Shown: positions 12,009-26,147 of the stretch, in pieces | Numbering within the stretch: the stretch's first letter is position 1 | Layout: every line of letters starts with the position of its first letter | Assembly (NCBI GenBank): GCA_951804945.1 | Contig: OX638165.1 | Span: forward strand, 41,106,001 to 41,170,000 | Source of the DNA: Podarcis cretensis | Lineage: Eukaryota | Direction of reading: 5' to 3' | DNA: 64,000 bases | Notes under the pieces: generated by a model | What the model was told of the DNA's origin: nothing | Database searches by the model: none | What the model saw: the letters and a program-made list of their open reading frames with translations, nothing else | Program-made: the position numbers and the translations under genes

Positions 12009-15000
12009 TTATTACAGTGGTGCCCCGCAAGACGAATGCCTCGCAAGACGAAAAACTCGCTAGACGAAAGGGTTTTCCGTTTTTCGAGGTGCTTCGCAAG
12101 ACGAATTTCCCTATGGGCTTGCTTCGCAAGACGAAAACGTCTTGCGAGTTTGCTTCCTTTTTCTTAAAGCTGTTAATACCCGGGGAATCCGCGCTCCGCA
12201 AGACGAAAAAATCGCAAGACGAAAAAACTCGCGGAATGAATGAATTTCGTCTTGCGAGGCGCCACTGTATTTATACCCTGCCCATCTGGCTGGGTCTCCC
12301 TAGCCACTCTGGGCTGCTTCCTACAACATATTAAAAATACAATAAAACATCAGACATTAAAAAACTTCCCTAAACAGGGCTGCCTTCAGATGTCTTCTAG
12401 AATTCAGATAGTTGTTTATTTCCTTGACATCTGATGGGACCAAACCATTGACCAAACTAGCTGGGGCTGATGGGAATTGTAGTCCAAAATTACTTGGATG
12501 GCACTACGTTGGGAAAAGATGCTCTCAGACAGAGGTGGGGAACCTCTGGCGTGTGGATCAAATTTGTCCCAGTGGCCCAACTACTCTACATCTTATGTCA
12601 CATAGAATCATAGAATTGTAGGGTTGGAAGGGACCCTGAGGGACATCTAGTTCAACCCCCTGCAATGCATGGTGGGTAGAGACACAGCAGCAAAGAAACA
12701 ATTGGAAACTTTAAAGTTTTCTTCCCTGTTTTTAACCTTCCTTTTTCAACAAGCCTTTTAAGTGGAGATTTTTTGTCCCAGTCTGTATTGGTTTCGGAAT
12801 TGTTTTATATTTAAATTCTTTTAATTGTTTGTATATATGTTCTTATTACTTTGGGAACTTTCATAGGAAGTGATTAATAAAGGCAAATAAATAAATTATT
12901 GATGATTTCTAGCTTGCAGCCTCTGCAAGGCAAGAATTGAACACATTCTGCTGTACATCTCAGTTCACATGGTGTAACATTGTGGCCTGACAGGCTTATG
13001 GAGAGGCCTCCTTGAGCTTTGGGAGCCCTGGAAGGTATTTAGCATCCTCTGCAGTGCAGAGTATTCCCAGAGCAGTAGCCAAATGTGGCCAAGAGTTCCC
13101 CAAGGATAATAACCCTGAGAGTTGAAATAATTCCCCATTCCCTAGCAAACCTTTCGTGGAACAATACTCCTTGAGTTAGAATACTTCTTTGAAAGTATTT
13201 CTTTCCTTTATTCCAGGATACCTTGTGCAAGAAATTAAGAGAGCGGACATTCCCCTACCAGAAGGAGATGTTACCCCTGCTGCCCCTCCGTTTAAGCAGA
13301 TGCTGGAGATTCAGGTACTTTGTGGAATGGGGATCTTCTGGAATTAAAGGGTAGTCATAGATCCACTTATTTTCCTTTATTTTGGGCCAATTGTGAGAGC
13401 TTGCATGCTCGGAGTCCCAACTTTCCTTCAAGAAGCTCATGAGTAGCATTTTAATCTTGTAACAACAACCGTGTGAAGCAGTTTAGGCTGAGGCACTGAC
13501 TTGTTTGGGGCCATCCAGTGAGCTTAGAGTCATTGAATAGAGAGTACAGATCTTTCATACCGGTACAGAATTAAATCAATAGTTGCCAAAGAAATACTAA
13601 ATACCCTCTTCATTTTCGTGTGGTAAATTGGGGCTTAGTGGGTTTTCTTCTGTTTGAGTCTTCTGTTTTCTTCTGTTTGAGTCACAGTAGTGGGACTGAT
13701 TGGGAATACCAGTGAGTTGTGGTGCCTGCTTATGATATATGTGGGTGCCCAGAGCTTGCAAACATCATGAGGTGCAACTGGTTGACTGAAGGGGGCAGGC
13801 AGAGTCACAAAGGCCTGGCCACTTCAAAAGGCCAGGGATGGAAGACAGAGGCAGAGAAGAGGAAAGAGCAGTGCAGTGTTGAAGAAAGGGGAAAGATGGA
13901 GAGGAAGAAGGGAAAGTTGTATACTTTAGGTAAGGGAAACAGACAGGAATGAGTTTGAGAAGCAGACTATTGTGAAGCTACCAAATTTTACATTATGGAA
14001 CTGAGACTCAATCGAGATTGAGAGTGACTAGCTAACTCCCCAGTGGTTTGACATGACCCCCAAAGGTGTACTCCTCCAATGTCTTGTGAAACAGACAGAT
14101 GCCAACAATAAGCTTATTTCAGAAAGTAATATTGAGCCTTGAGGATTTTGTACAGTAGACCCAGTGCTAGCCCAGCACTGTAACAATTGCATGACTGTCA
14201 TGGGACTTGTCGCCATACAACATCTGGAGCCAGAATGGGAATGCACTTTTGCCCTTGTATCGCAGGAGCAGTTGCAGAAGTTGGAGGTAGAGTTGAGAGA
14301 AGTGACGAAAAATAAAGAGAAGCTGAGGAAGAATCTCCTTGAGCTGACGGAATATACCCACATGCTACGGGTCACCCGGTCCTTTGTCAGAAGAACTGCT
14401 GAGGTACTGTTACCGTTGCATGGCAAAGCTCCTTAACTTGGGTGTACAGAAGGGAGGCAGTGAGCCACAGGCCCGTTTCCGGGGCCCACCTAGTACCTGA
14501 TAATGGCTGCAGGATTCTTGCAGCAGTGGGCCTTGCTGCAGTCCTGTGAGGCACTGAATGCCATTGAATGCAGGCAAATGCAGTAGCCTTAAGCCTTGTT
14601 TCCCATCTCTCTTGGTGATCATCACTCCCTTGTGATTTGGGCACAGCCCTAGCACATTTGAAGAAGTGTTTCCTTTCCTTTTTTTCTTTTTAGTTTGAGT
14701 CCTGTTTACTTACGAATTATGAAGAATTCCCAACTTTAGAAACGGACCGCTTAGTCGACTACAACTGCATGCATAGACTTGGTGCCAAACTGGGGTAAGT
14801 GATGAAAAAGTCTATACAGTCGTACCTTGGATCTGAACGCCCTGCGAGTTGAATGTTTTGGCTCCGAATGGTGCAAACCGTCATTCCGGTTTGCGAATGT
14901 TCTTTGGAACCCAAATGTCCGATGCGGCTTCTGATTGGCTGCAGGAACTTGCCTTGGTTTCCAGACGTTTTGGAAGTTGAATGGATTTGCGGAACGGATT

Positions 15001-18000
15001 CTGTTCATTGTCCGAGGTACAACTGGGCACTTAACTGTTAATAATCATTTCACATTTATATGAAGATGAAGACCTGACTGCTTCGATGGTGCCACAGATA
15101 TGGCAAATTTTTGGAATAATTTAGCTCTTCTTTAGTCTTTCCCTTCTAGTGAGGAAGTGAGGCTGCATTAATCCTATTCGTTTATGTGTCATGCATGCGG
15201 GTGAGTGCTTGCATGAGTATAGTTTTATGTAGTTAACCTGCCTACTCCAAAGTAAATCCCAATAACCTCAGTGGATTTTACTCCCTAGTAAGTGAGTTCA
15301 GATTTGCAGCCTAAAACCCGTTTCAGAGCTTCAAATTGACAGTATTAACACTTGGCACCAATCAGTGCCATACTGAATTGAGCTCTACATGGTTTGATAT
15401 TTGATAGCCAATTGTGTTTCCTTCATGTGCCTATTGTGTTTTTAAGTAAGGAGGAGATTAGTAGATTTTAAAAATTGTTATAAGTGCTGGAATCGTGTAG
15501 CTCACTTGGTATGACCTTGTGTAATTTTAGTGGTTTCCATGTGCACCTCGGTGGAAGAGGCATTTTAGTTTACAGATAATCTGTGAATGCCCAGCCCTTC
15601 CTAACTTCACTGGCATGTAGTGATAGAATATGGTATCCTTTCTGGTCCAAATGCTCATGTAATAAAATTTAAAGTTTGCTCTATAGTATACTTTGTATTT
15701 TTTTTAATGTAGATTTATATCTGGCTTAGTTCACCGAGCAAAAATTGAAGCCTTTGAAAAAATGCTATGGCGAGTCTGCAAAGGATATACAATTGTTTCT
15801 TATTCAGAACTGGATGAGTGCCTAGAAGATCCAGATACCGTGAGTAATCAGGATAGATAAATAATGCAGCCTGTTTCTGAAGGTCGGTGCTGGATCAGCC
15901 CACCTCCTCATCTAAATTATACATCTGCATGCAAAGTGGCTACTCGGGTGTTATGGCTGGATCCAAAGCAAGTTCATCACACTTTGATCCTGTAGAAATG
16001 TAGTATTTATTATTTAATAGTATTTGTATTCGGGTTTTTTAGCTGAAGAGGCTTCCAGAAGCTTACAATAACTTATCCCACCATGTGAAAAGTGTGACTT
16101 GCTTACTCAATATCCAAACCATAATGTTTAACTGTGACTTGTTTTTCTAAACCATGGTTAAGCTTTTATGTCTGAATAGCTAAAGCATGTTTAAAGATCA
16201 GCTACAAACCAGTACAGTATATGACAACATGGTTTGAACTGGGTTTGAACTGAGTTACTTCTGCAAGAAGTAAACCATGGCTGAAAAGTAGCTCTGAGGA
16301 AGAGATTGTTTTGAATAAAATGCAATGTGTTTCATCTGAACCTTAAAGTATGGTTAATCTTAATGGTGGCTTGTTGAAACAAGCTAACTTTGTAGCTCAC
16401 AGTCTGAAGTTTCAAACAAACCATAGTTAAGGGCAGTATTTTTTTCTGAGGATAGTCAAAGGCAGGGGTCGACAAGGTTTACCATGCCCAGGCCAGTTTA
16501 CTCCAGCGGAGATCCCTCCGTGGGCTGGATTGCGCACGCGTGAGTGTGTGCGCCTGCTATTTTCGGCATCTGCGCAGGTGCGATTTCTGGCACTGCAGAA
16601 GTAAGTCCCTGTGCCATGCTGCACTGGTTTAGTGCAGCGCATGGGGATTTGCCGAGCGGGCGGCTCGGTTTGGGGGCGAGTCGTGGGCCGGTTAAACGAC
16701 CCCTTCTTAAGGGCCTTAGGTTGCCTACCCCTTCTTAAGGGCATGCTGTACCCCCCCCCCCCATTTTAAAAGTGTTGCACTTACTGTAACAACTTCATGG
16801 TGAGTACTGGGACTTTTTTTCTTTAAAAAATATTAAAAAGCACCGATTAAAGGCTTAAGATCAACTGACAAGGTACAGTTAATAAAGAATGGAAATGAAA
16901 GGTTCTGAACCCCTCCTCGCAGCTATGCCAGAGCTCATTCCTGTCTTGGCAAAAAATGGTTTCTTGTGATATTGTTCAAATACGGGCACTAGGCAAATGG
17001 GAGCAGTCTCAATAAGGTTAGCCATAATTTTGCTGTTCATTGGGGATTTTAAGAGTTAAGCCTGTACCAGAGCTTTGTGCATGTGGAATCTATTCACAGA
17101 ATACAGAAAACCCCTATCGACCCTTTTTGTGTATCAAAATTCATTTGTGCAGTTGGTTCAATATGAGTGGTTAGTCGATCACCAATAAAGTGGAACTGTA
17201 GGCCAAAGTTTAATTGAACAATTTATGTTTACTTTTCAGGGCGAACCTACCAAATGGTTTGTTTTCTTAATATCTTATTGGGGTGAACAGATAGGCCAGA
17301 AAGTTAAGAAAATATGTGACTGGTAAGAATTAACATACTTTAATTTGCTTTACTTTTTTCTACTGAGATTTTTATATTTTGACCACTTTGTAAAATAATA
17401 ACAGCATCGGCGTTGGGAAACTGAGTGTGCACCTGAAAACATGACTTTTGTGGCTACATATGTGCTTATTAATTGCATTTGTATCTTGCATTTCTTCAGT
17501 GGCAATAAGGTGACTTGCACAGGGTTCCCTGGAGGTTTCTTATTCAGGCATTGATCAGACCCAGGCCTGCCTAGCTTTAGTAAGGTGGCAGCATACCATA
17601 TTTATGTGAATCTAATGCACACCTCAGTTTTCGAAACCTTGAAACCAAAAAAGTATTTGCTATGTTAGCAGTGTTTTTCAAGCTTGCAATCAAATCTAAT
17701 GCTCCATCAAATCTAATGTGCACCCTATGTTTTGTGATGTAATTTGGCCAAAAATTGTGAGCATTACGTTCAATTAAATACAGTAATATTGATTTGATCA
17801 TAACCCTGATCCTTACTGCATACCTGCAAATTATTCTTGGCAAAAAGTCTTTAAGTAGAGTTTGTCTGCCATTGTTGGAACTTCTCAACCCGGAACCCCT
17901 GATAAAACTTACAAGGTGCCTTTGTTTCCTGGTACACAGTCTGACAGCTGCTGTGCTGATCCATCACCCTGGCAAACTTCTTTAGCTCTGTATCCAAAGT

Positions 18001-18977
18001 TGGAGAAGGGCTGCAGCTCAGTGGTAGAGCATCTGCCTTGCATGCAGAAGGTCCCAGGTTCATTCCCTGGTGTTTCCATGTTAGGGCTGGGAAAAGCTGC
18101 TGCCTGAAACCTGGGAGAGCTACAGCCAGCCAGAGTAGACAATACTGAGATAGATAAACCAGCGTTCTTGACTCAATATAAAGCAGCTTCCTATATTCCA
18201 GAACTATTTTAGGCTTTGTTTTTGTGTTGTTTTTGCAAGACCAGATTAAGTTCCCACTGCTTTTGTTTTGCAGTTCTGCTCTTCTCTTCTTTGTTGGGCT
18301 CTTTTATGTAGACTATTTTTGTTTTTTTGCCAGCTACCATTGCCATGTCTACCCCTATCCCAGCACCCCTGAGGAGCGCCGAACAGTTATGGAAGGACTC
18401 CAGGTTCGCATTCAGGATCTTCATATGGTGAGTAGAAAATTACTGGTGCACCTTGGAGGCACAAATCGTCTCATGGAAGAAGGTTAATACATAACCTACA
18501 GTTCTGAGTGCATGTTTAAAAGGAAGAGGTTGGGCCAGCTTTCAACCATATGGACTTTAATGTAAACGAGGGATGATCAGCTCCACTTCTTTTGCAGGTG
18601 TTGGCAACAGTGGCTCTGCTTTCTGGGAACTCTTTACAGTTTATGAGCTGTTATATGTGTACTCAGGCATAGGATTTTACATATAAAATGTGTAGAAATC
18701 TAAAAGACAGACCTCTTCTATTCAGCACCTGACACCTGTTGTAGCTACCGCACTCTTCCATTCTATCAAAGGTCATTCCTACCTGTTTGGTCCCCTCCCT
18801 TTGCCTTTTAAAGTGCATTTCCTCTCCTCTTTCTATGTAGTTTCTCAGAACAAATAAAAAGGGCGATACTTTATTTGATAAAAAATAAACTGATTGGGGG
18901 GAAAATCTTGGTTGTATGGCTTGGAGAAAAGAAGACACTTCCCCAACTGCCTGGAAAGAAATTGGTTGCCATCTGTG

Positions 18978-19017
<40 letters not shown>

Positions 19018-22000
19018 GTGTGTGTGTGTGTGTGTTTGTAAGAGAGAGTGAAAGCATGTGTATAAACTCAAGCCAGAATATAATTACTTGCTTTCCAGTA
19101 GCTGTACTGGTCTGTTGTACTAAGAAAATAATTTCTCTTGATACCCATCCAACCCACTGGGACTCACTTCTGGGTAGATCTGCAGAGGCTCTCTGAAAAT
19201 TCTGCTGGTTCCTAACAAAGGGCCAGCTAGACAGGTGCAGCTTTGTAGTCTCAGTGTGTGGATGAGACAGTGGTGTTGGGAGGAGTGGTTCGGGTTTGTT
19301 AGATATTGGATAACTTTCCGATACAAGGCGGGCCAGTGCAAAATGGATGGGCTCCACTTGAGCTGGGATGGAACCAGACTGCAGGCTTCCCACTGGCCAT
19401 GATGATAACAGGGTCCTGGACTAGATGGGCCATTGGGCTGCTCCACTTGGTTTGTCTTACGTTTGTGTGTTGGGAGTTCAAACTGGAGGTAGGCATGTGG
19501 GTGAACTGTAGCAGGGCGGCCTTTATTCTGGAGTAGTTAATCCAGAAACAGGGGGGGCCCAACCGATTTTACCTGAGGGAATGTGCCCCTTGATGGAAAG
19601 ACTGTACAACCCTACTCTAGTTCTTTTAGTTGGGCTGCCTGAAGCCAGATGGAATAGCTTTTGAGCTGCCAGTCGATAAAATCAATACTGAAAGACCTAT
19701 GTGAGTATAGCTAGCGAGGGCAGTTGTGTAAACTTTGTATAAAGTTGCCCTGATCGTTCAGTGTTCTTGTTATAGTTTTAAATATTTTTCTAAAAACAAC
19801 CACAAAGGTACTGCATAAAACTGAAGATTATTTACGGCAAGTTTTATGCAAGGCGTCTGAGTCTATCTACACCTGGGATGTCCAAGTGAAGAAGATGAAA
19901 GCCATTTACCACGTGCTGAATCTCTGCAGCTTTGATGTCACCAACAAATGCCTTATTGCTGAGGTCTGGTGTCCAGTGGCTGACCTGCCAAACATGCGCC
20001 GAGCCCTCGAGGAAGGATCTGTAAGTGATTTAAATTTTAGTTTGCTTTATTTATTTTTATACCACTTAACTATTAGCATTTCTAATCAATGTACGTAAAA
20101 ACAATGGACAGAAAATGGGACAATAAAATTTATCATAAAACCAGACACCCTCTTAAAGTGCCTGCTGGAGTAAAAAGGTCTGCATCATGTGCCTGACCTG
20201 TCTGTCTTCATCTCGGCAGGGAGGGAGTGGGCTTGGGACCCACTGCACTGCGCTGAATGGCAGGAGAGAATGTTGCACTGGCAGCATGTAGCATTCAGGG
20301 TTTTCAGTATGAATGATAAATTACATGCATTTCTTTATAAATAGAAGGGAGGAGGCTCTGAGTTGCGTGGATAATGAAACTCAGTGCCTTGCATGAACAG
20401 GTTATGGCTGAAGTTCAGCAAACAGCAAGGCTTTCTGAGGATTGTCTGTAGACCTCTGTGGACATCAGGTGAGGTGGAAGGCTGGAGTTGCACAGGCTCG
20501 CCCTGGCTGACATACGTACATTTGGATCTCATGGTTACAGAGGAGGGGTTTGCACACCTAGTTCTGAAGCATGTACTCTAGCATGTGAATGACATGGAGA
20601 GTTTTGTATGTGTACATCATCAGAGCTGGGGTGGCTCAAGTCTGACTCTGCACATCCCCACCCCATTTCTGCTCATGCTCATTGTCTGGATAACAGAATG
20701 TGGAAATCAGTGTTATTTTTCCAGCGTCTCAAAAAATGATACAGGTCTCCTTTTAAATTCTGTAACCAGAGTGAAAGTGGAGCGTCTGTCCCTTCGTTCA
20801 TGAACACGATACCAACAAAAGAAACGCCTCCAACTTTGATACGTACCAATAAATTCACCTCTGGATTCCAGGACATTGTTGATGCTTATGGGATTGGGAG
20901 CTACAGGGAAGTTAATCCAGGTGGGTCATGGATTGAAAGATACTTATTGAGAAGCAGGATTTATTTTTTCTCCTTTGTTAGGAATGGTTGCAGGAGTTTC
21001 TTAAGAAATCTTTATAAGGCATGGAAAAGTGTCTGCTATTTAACACTTGTTAGCAACAATGGTTTGTCGTGTGCTGCAGAGTTCATAAGAGCGCAAAGTA
21101 AATTCAGCTGGTTACACATCCAGGTGGACAGAGGGGAGATGCCCCCTGGGCAGCAGATGAGCAGAGTAGACTGGGATAGGGGAGAACTAGATTGCATTTG
21201 GCACGTCAGAGCAGACCCACTGAAATCAACAAGCTTGACATATAGCCTAAGAGAGTGTGTCAAAAATGTTCATGGAAATGCCAGGTTTGGGGGGGAACAT
21301 GGAAGAGCAGAGCAGTGGCTGGATTATGCTTTTCCTCCCTTCTTTCAAGGGCCAAAATGAGCCAAATTCTGGCACTTTCAAACAATGACTTAGAGTAAGC
21401 AAACATAGGCAGCTTATGGAGAATTTGGATACTATGCATTATGTATAGTTGCTTATAAAGGTGAAATCATGTCCCTCTCATTTTGCAGCTCTCTTCACCA
21501 TCATCACCTTTCCCTTCTTATTTGCTGTGATGTTTGGAGATTGTGGACATGGTTTCATAATGTTCCTGTTTGCTTTGTTCATGGTATTATATGAAAAACA
21601 CCCCAAACTTCTGCAATCACAAGACGAGGTACAGATGAAATCTTCTTCTTCTTCTTCTTCTTCTTCTTCTTCTTCTTCTTCTTCTTCTTCTTCTTCCCCC
21701 TCCCCCCCCCTCCTCTAGTATTGTTTTCAATATTTCTGTTTCTGCAAACGGCCCCTTAGTTCTCTCCCCCCCCCCCACTGGAGTTTTTCCTGTGTATCTG
21801 CCACATAGAAGGGGGAATACTTTAAGGCAGAATTGAGCAGCCTGCGTCCCTGCAGATCATGCTGAACTTCCAATTTCTGGCAGCCCTAGGCAGCATGGCC
21901 ACTAGTCAGGGATGGTGGAAGCTGGAACTTGAATTGCATCTTGCGAAGGGCCCGCAGATCCTGATGCACTGCAGCTCCCATCAGCCCCGGCAGCATGGCC

Positions 22001-25000
22001 AGTGGTCAGGACTGGGTCAGGAATGATGGGAGTGTAGTCCAAAAACATTGCAGGAAGCCCTCCAGTTGTTTTTGGACAACTGATCGTCCTGATCATTAGC
22101 CAAGCTGCCTGGGGTGGATGGAGCTGCAGTGCATCATTAGCTCCTTTTTTTCTCTTGTTGATTTGGGCAAGGGAGGGCAAATCATCCATTGTTGTATGGA
22201 AGGTGACAACTTTTTCTAGTGTGGAAGCGCCATGTGTTGCACTTACCCAAAGGCATGCATAAACTGATGGTAAATTCTAAATAGCAGAGATGTAATTCAG
22301 CAAATCCTCATGCCTCGCTTGTGATCATCCTGGGGGCATTTGGCGGACCACTTTTGGAAGCTGAATGCATCCAGCAGAGCAGTTTCTTATATTTTTATGC
22401 ACAAAGCACACTGCATCCTTACTAAGATTGGCTGCTTCTGCTGAATTTCTACCACACATTGCGGGAATTGTGAATTGTGGCGTATCTGGACACTGCACCA
22501 CATCAAATACATTGTTTGGAAGTGCATCAAAGCTTTTATGTGCTGCACATGTAACAAAGGGTCTTATCTTTGAAGTTCACATGGCAGTCAGTGGGCCTGT
22601 CCTTTTTAACATTTGCAGATCATGAAGATGTTTTTTCAAGGACGATACATCATCTTGCTGATGGGACTGTTTTCTGTATACACTGGCCTGATCTACAATG
22701 ACTGTTTTTCAAAGTCTTTGAATATATTTGACTCCCACTGGAACGTTTCCCAAATGTTTGCTGTGGAGTGGCGGTGAGTGACTCCTTCGTTAAACCCAGT
22801 GCGGTGTGAAAGCAACCTACTGAATTGAGATAGGAAGCTCAGAGGTATCTTCCCACTGTCACAGCATACTTTTCACTCATTCTACAGCAGGGGTCAGTAA
22901 ACTTTTTCAGCAGTCGGCCAGTCCACTGCCCCTCAAACCTTGTGGGGGGCCAGTCTATATTTTGAAAAAAAGAAGGAAAAAAAAAGAATGAATTCCTATG
23001 CCCCACAAATAACCCAGAGATGCATTTTAAATAAAAGAACACATTCTACTTATGTAAAAATACCAGGCAGGCCCCACAAATAACCCAGAGGTGCATTTTA
23101 AATAAAAGGACACATTCTACTCATGTAAAAATACCAGGCAGGCCCCACAAATAACCCAGAGGTGCATTTTAAATAAAAGGACACATTCTACTCATGTAAA
23201 AACATGCTGATTCCTGGACTGTCCGCAAGTCGGATTTAGAAGGTGATTGAGCCAGTCCGGTCCCTGGGCCTTAGTTTGCCTACCCATGTTCTATGGTAAA
23301 TGAAATGTGCCTCCAGTTCCTGCCATTTTCATGATTCTTTTTTTTAGCCTTTCAGTTCAATTATGAAGTATCTTTTGTGGTGTGCAGAATAATAAATGGC
23401 TTACTGGAAAGCAACAGCCAGTAACTGCCATTCTAAAATATTGTAGCTTTTCTCAGTCATTTAATGAGAGGGATATGTCCTTCACTTGAAGGACATATTT
23501 ACTAGCTACCTGTGTACTTGTTGGTGGTGCCACCACCAGGGACTGCTCTGTTGGCATTGACCTGTGACAGGGCCTTTTCAGTGGCCATCCCGTGGTTGTG
23601 GAGTGCTCTCCCAGGTGAGGTGTGTTTTTCTCCCTCATGATTGACTTCCAGGTGATTTTTTCTTTTTAATTCCTGGGAAGGTTGCACAAGGCCTCTGGAA
23701 GGCTGTAAATACTGAGTTGGACTATTGTTCCATGTAGCTAAACATTGTATACAGTGACTGACTGGCAGGATTTCAGATGGGAGTGTTCCCCAGCCCTACC
23801 TGCAAGATGTCACAAGATCCTTATGGGATCTTGTGGAAGCTTCTGACAGCAAATAGCCTATTGTGGTGATACAAATATCTTTGTTCAAGTCTTAATTCTG
23901 CTGCGTGCTTTTTTTTTCTAACAGTGAGGAGGACATGAAGAATCAGTATTTGATGTTAAATCCAAATGCGACTGGAGTGTTCATAGGACCTTATCCTTTT
24001 GGCATAGATCCGGTTAGTGTTCTTCCTTGGAGCTTCCACTGTGTGGCAACGATGACCCTTTAAAGAAGAATTGGCAGTTTTATGGTTCTGAATCATAGGT
24101 CAACAGATTTACAGCTTTAATTTTTATAAATATTTCTGTTTGCTAGGATAGTCCTATAGGGTTGGCAACTCTTCCTTACTTCTTAAGGAAGTGTACATGC
24201 AAAAGGTGGAGGGTTCAGTCCCTGACATTTCTGGGGGGGTCTGGGAAGAAAGTTATGCCTGAAACCCTGGAGAGCTGCTGTCAGTAGACCAGAAATGGAG
24301 AAAATGTGGCCCTCCCAGCTATTGCTGGACTCTACCTCCCATAATCTTTTTCCATTGACCATTCTGTTTGCGGCTGATGTGAGTTGGAGCCCAACAACAC
24401 CTAGACGGCCACAGGCTACTCACCCTTGGCATAGGCAATACTAGCTGGACCAAGGGCCTGTTTCTGGGATAAGGCAGCACCCTGCGTTCCTAACAGCTTT
24501 GTCCCACAGAAGGTAGCTGATTAAAGGCACTATGTGCTATTTTTGTGAACCTCCCCCCCCCCCATGTTCATGTTCCCTATACCTGGTCACCTCCCACCCT
24601 TGTCAGGAGAGCCACTTAGTAACGCCTTTTTCTCATTTCAGTTTGCCCCCTTGGAACCTCTCCCTCAAAGAATTCTCAGCATAGTCCCACCTTGCTGTCT
24701 CCACTGTAGCATGCTTTTCCATTTCAAGGATATTATCCTGGGTGTCCCATGTTTTCTAACTTGCAAGAGAACTAAAGTGTGTTTATAAAAGAGCTACATG
24801 GGGTTTCTTGCTTACCTTGCATACAGGAATGCTGGAGAAGGACTCCATACTGTGCTCTATAAATCATTGCTTGTAGTTAGAATCTGAGCCAATATCTCAT
24901 TCCTCTTCCTCGGTTAAGTCTGATTCTATCTGCCTCCTCTCTCTCTTACCAGATTTGGAACCTGGCGAACAATCGTCTCAGTTTCTTGAATTCCTTCAAA

Positions 25001-26100
25001 ATGAAAATGTCTATAATTATTGGAGTGACCCACATGACGTTTGGGGTCATCCTAGGAGGACTTAACCACTTGTAAGTGTGTGTCTTCACAGGAGAATTGC
25101 AGCAACCAAAAGCAGAACAAAGGCATAAATGTATTTTTAAAATTCCTGTTCTTACGATAAAATGAAAACAGCTCTACATAAAGCAACAAGCTGAAGCTTA
25201 CCAAATTATTAATGACTATTAGTGCAAACTTTTCCATGACAATTACTATAACCTACATTCTCCCTCCAGATTTATCTTGCTTCTCCAGATTCAAAGCCTT
25301 TGCTGGGTGCTAGGTGTGTCAAAACTATTTCTCCTTTAGCTGTTAGCAAGTTTATATCACTCCTCTCTTGTTTTCCTTCTTAGTTACATGAGGCTTGGGA
25401 AGGTTTGTACTGAGGGTCGTAATGAATTGATAAGTCTTGAGAAGATTAATTTTGAGGTTTGGGATTTTTGAAGGTAGATATTTATGTGGTTTTAATTGGT
25501 GGTTGTTGAAAACTATCAGTTTATCCAGGACAGCTGTGTACAGTGGAGGTTTGAGGTGAATTGCTTTGCTCTCCTCTGAAATTTTATATGTAAGGATCAA
25601 AGCCTGTTGGTGAGTATTAGCTTGTTGTGTTTTATGTACAGTGGGTTTTTTCTGGGCTATTAATATTTTTATTTTTTATAGATTTATTGTGCTTGGGTTC
25701 TTTGTTAAATAAGGTCTCCACTGAAAACCTTTGTGTTGAAACACTTTGGGCATATATTGAAATATACAGTCAAGTATAGGATTTGGCCTAGTAAAGGTTT
25801 AGTGTTTGTATAGGATAATTATTTCATTATAATAAATAATTCTGTGTTTTTAATACACTAGTTCCTTACCTCTGTTTTTTGTTGATAGTTTTTTGTGTGT
25901 GCTTCAGTTTGCAACAATTTGGTATGCCTTTTTATTCGAGGTGGAAATTTCTTGGAATAACTTTTATGTATAACCTATTTTTAAAAATCAAGTTGATGAA
26001 CAAGCACAGCTATTATTCAAGATCTAGCCTACTGTTTAAGGCTCCCTAGAGCTCCCTAGCTAGTAGGGAACCTTATACATGACCTTACTCTATTTTTTAA

Positions 26101-26147
<47 letters not shown>

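Noticed and set aside
23001-23205. 71-bp (and 148-bp at 55271) repeats as a CRISPR-like array
   Set aside because: Head-to-tail units with no unique spacers, inside transposons, in a vertebrate genome
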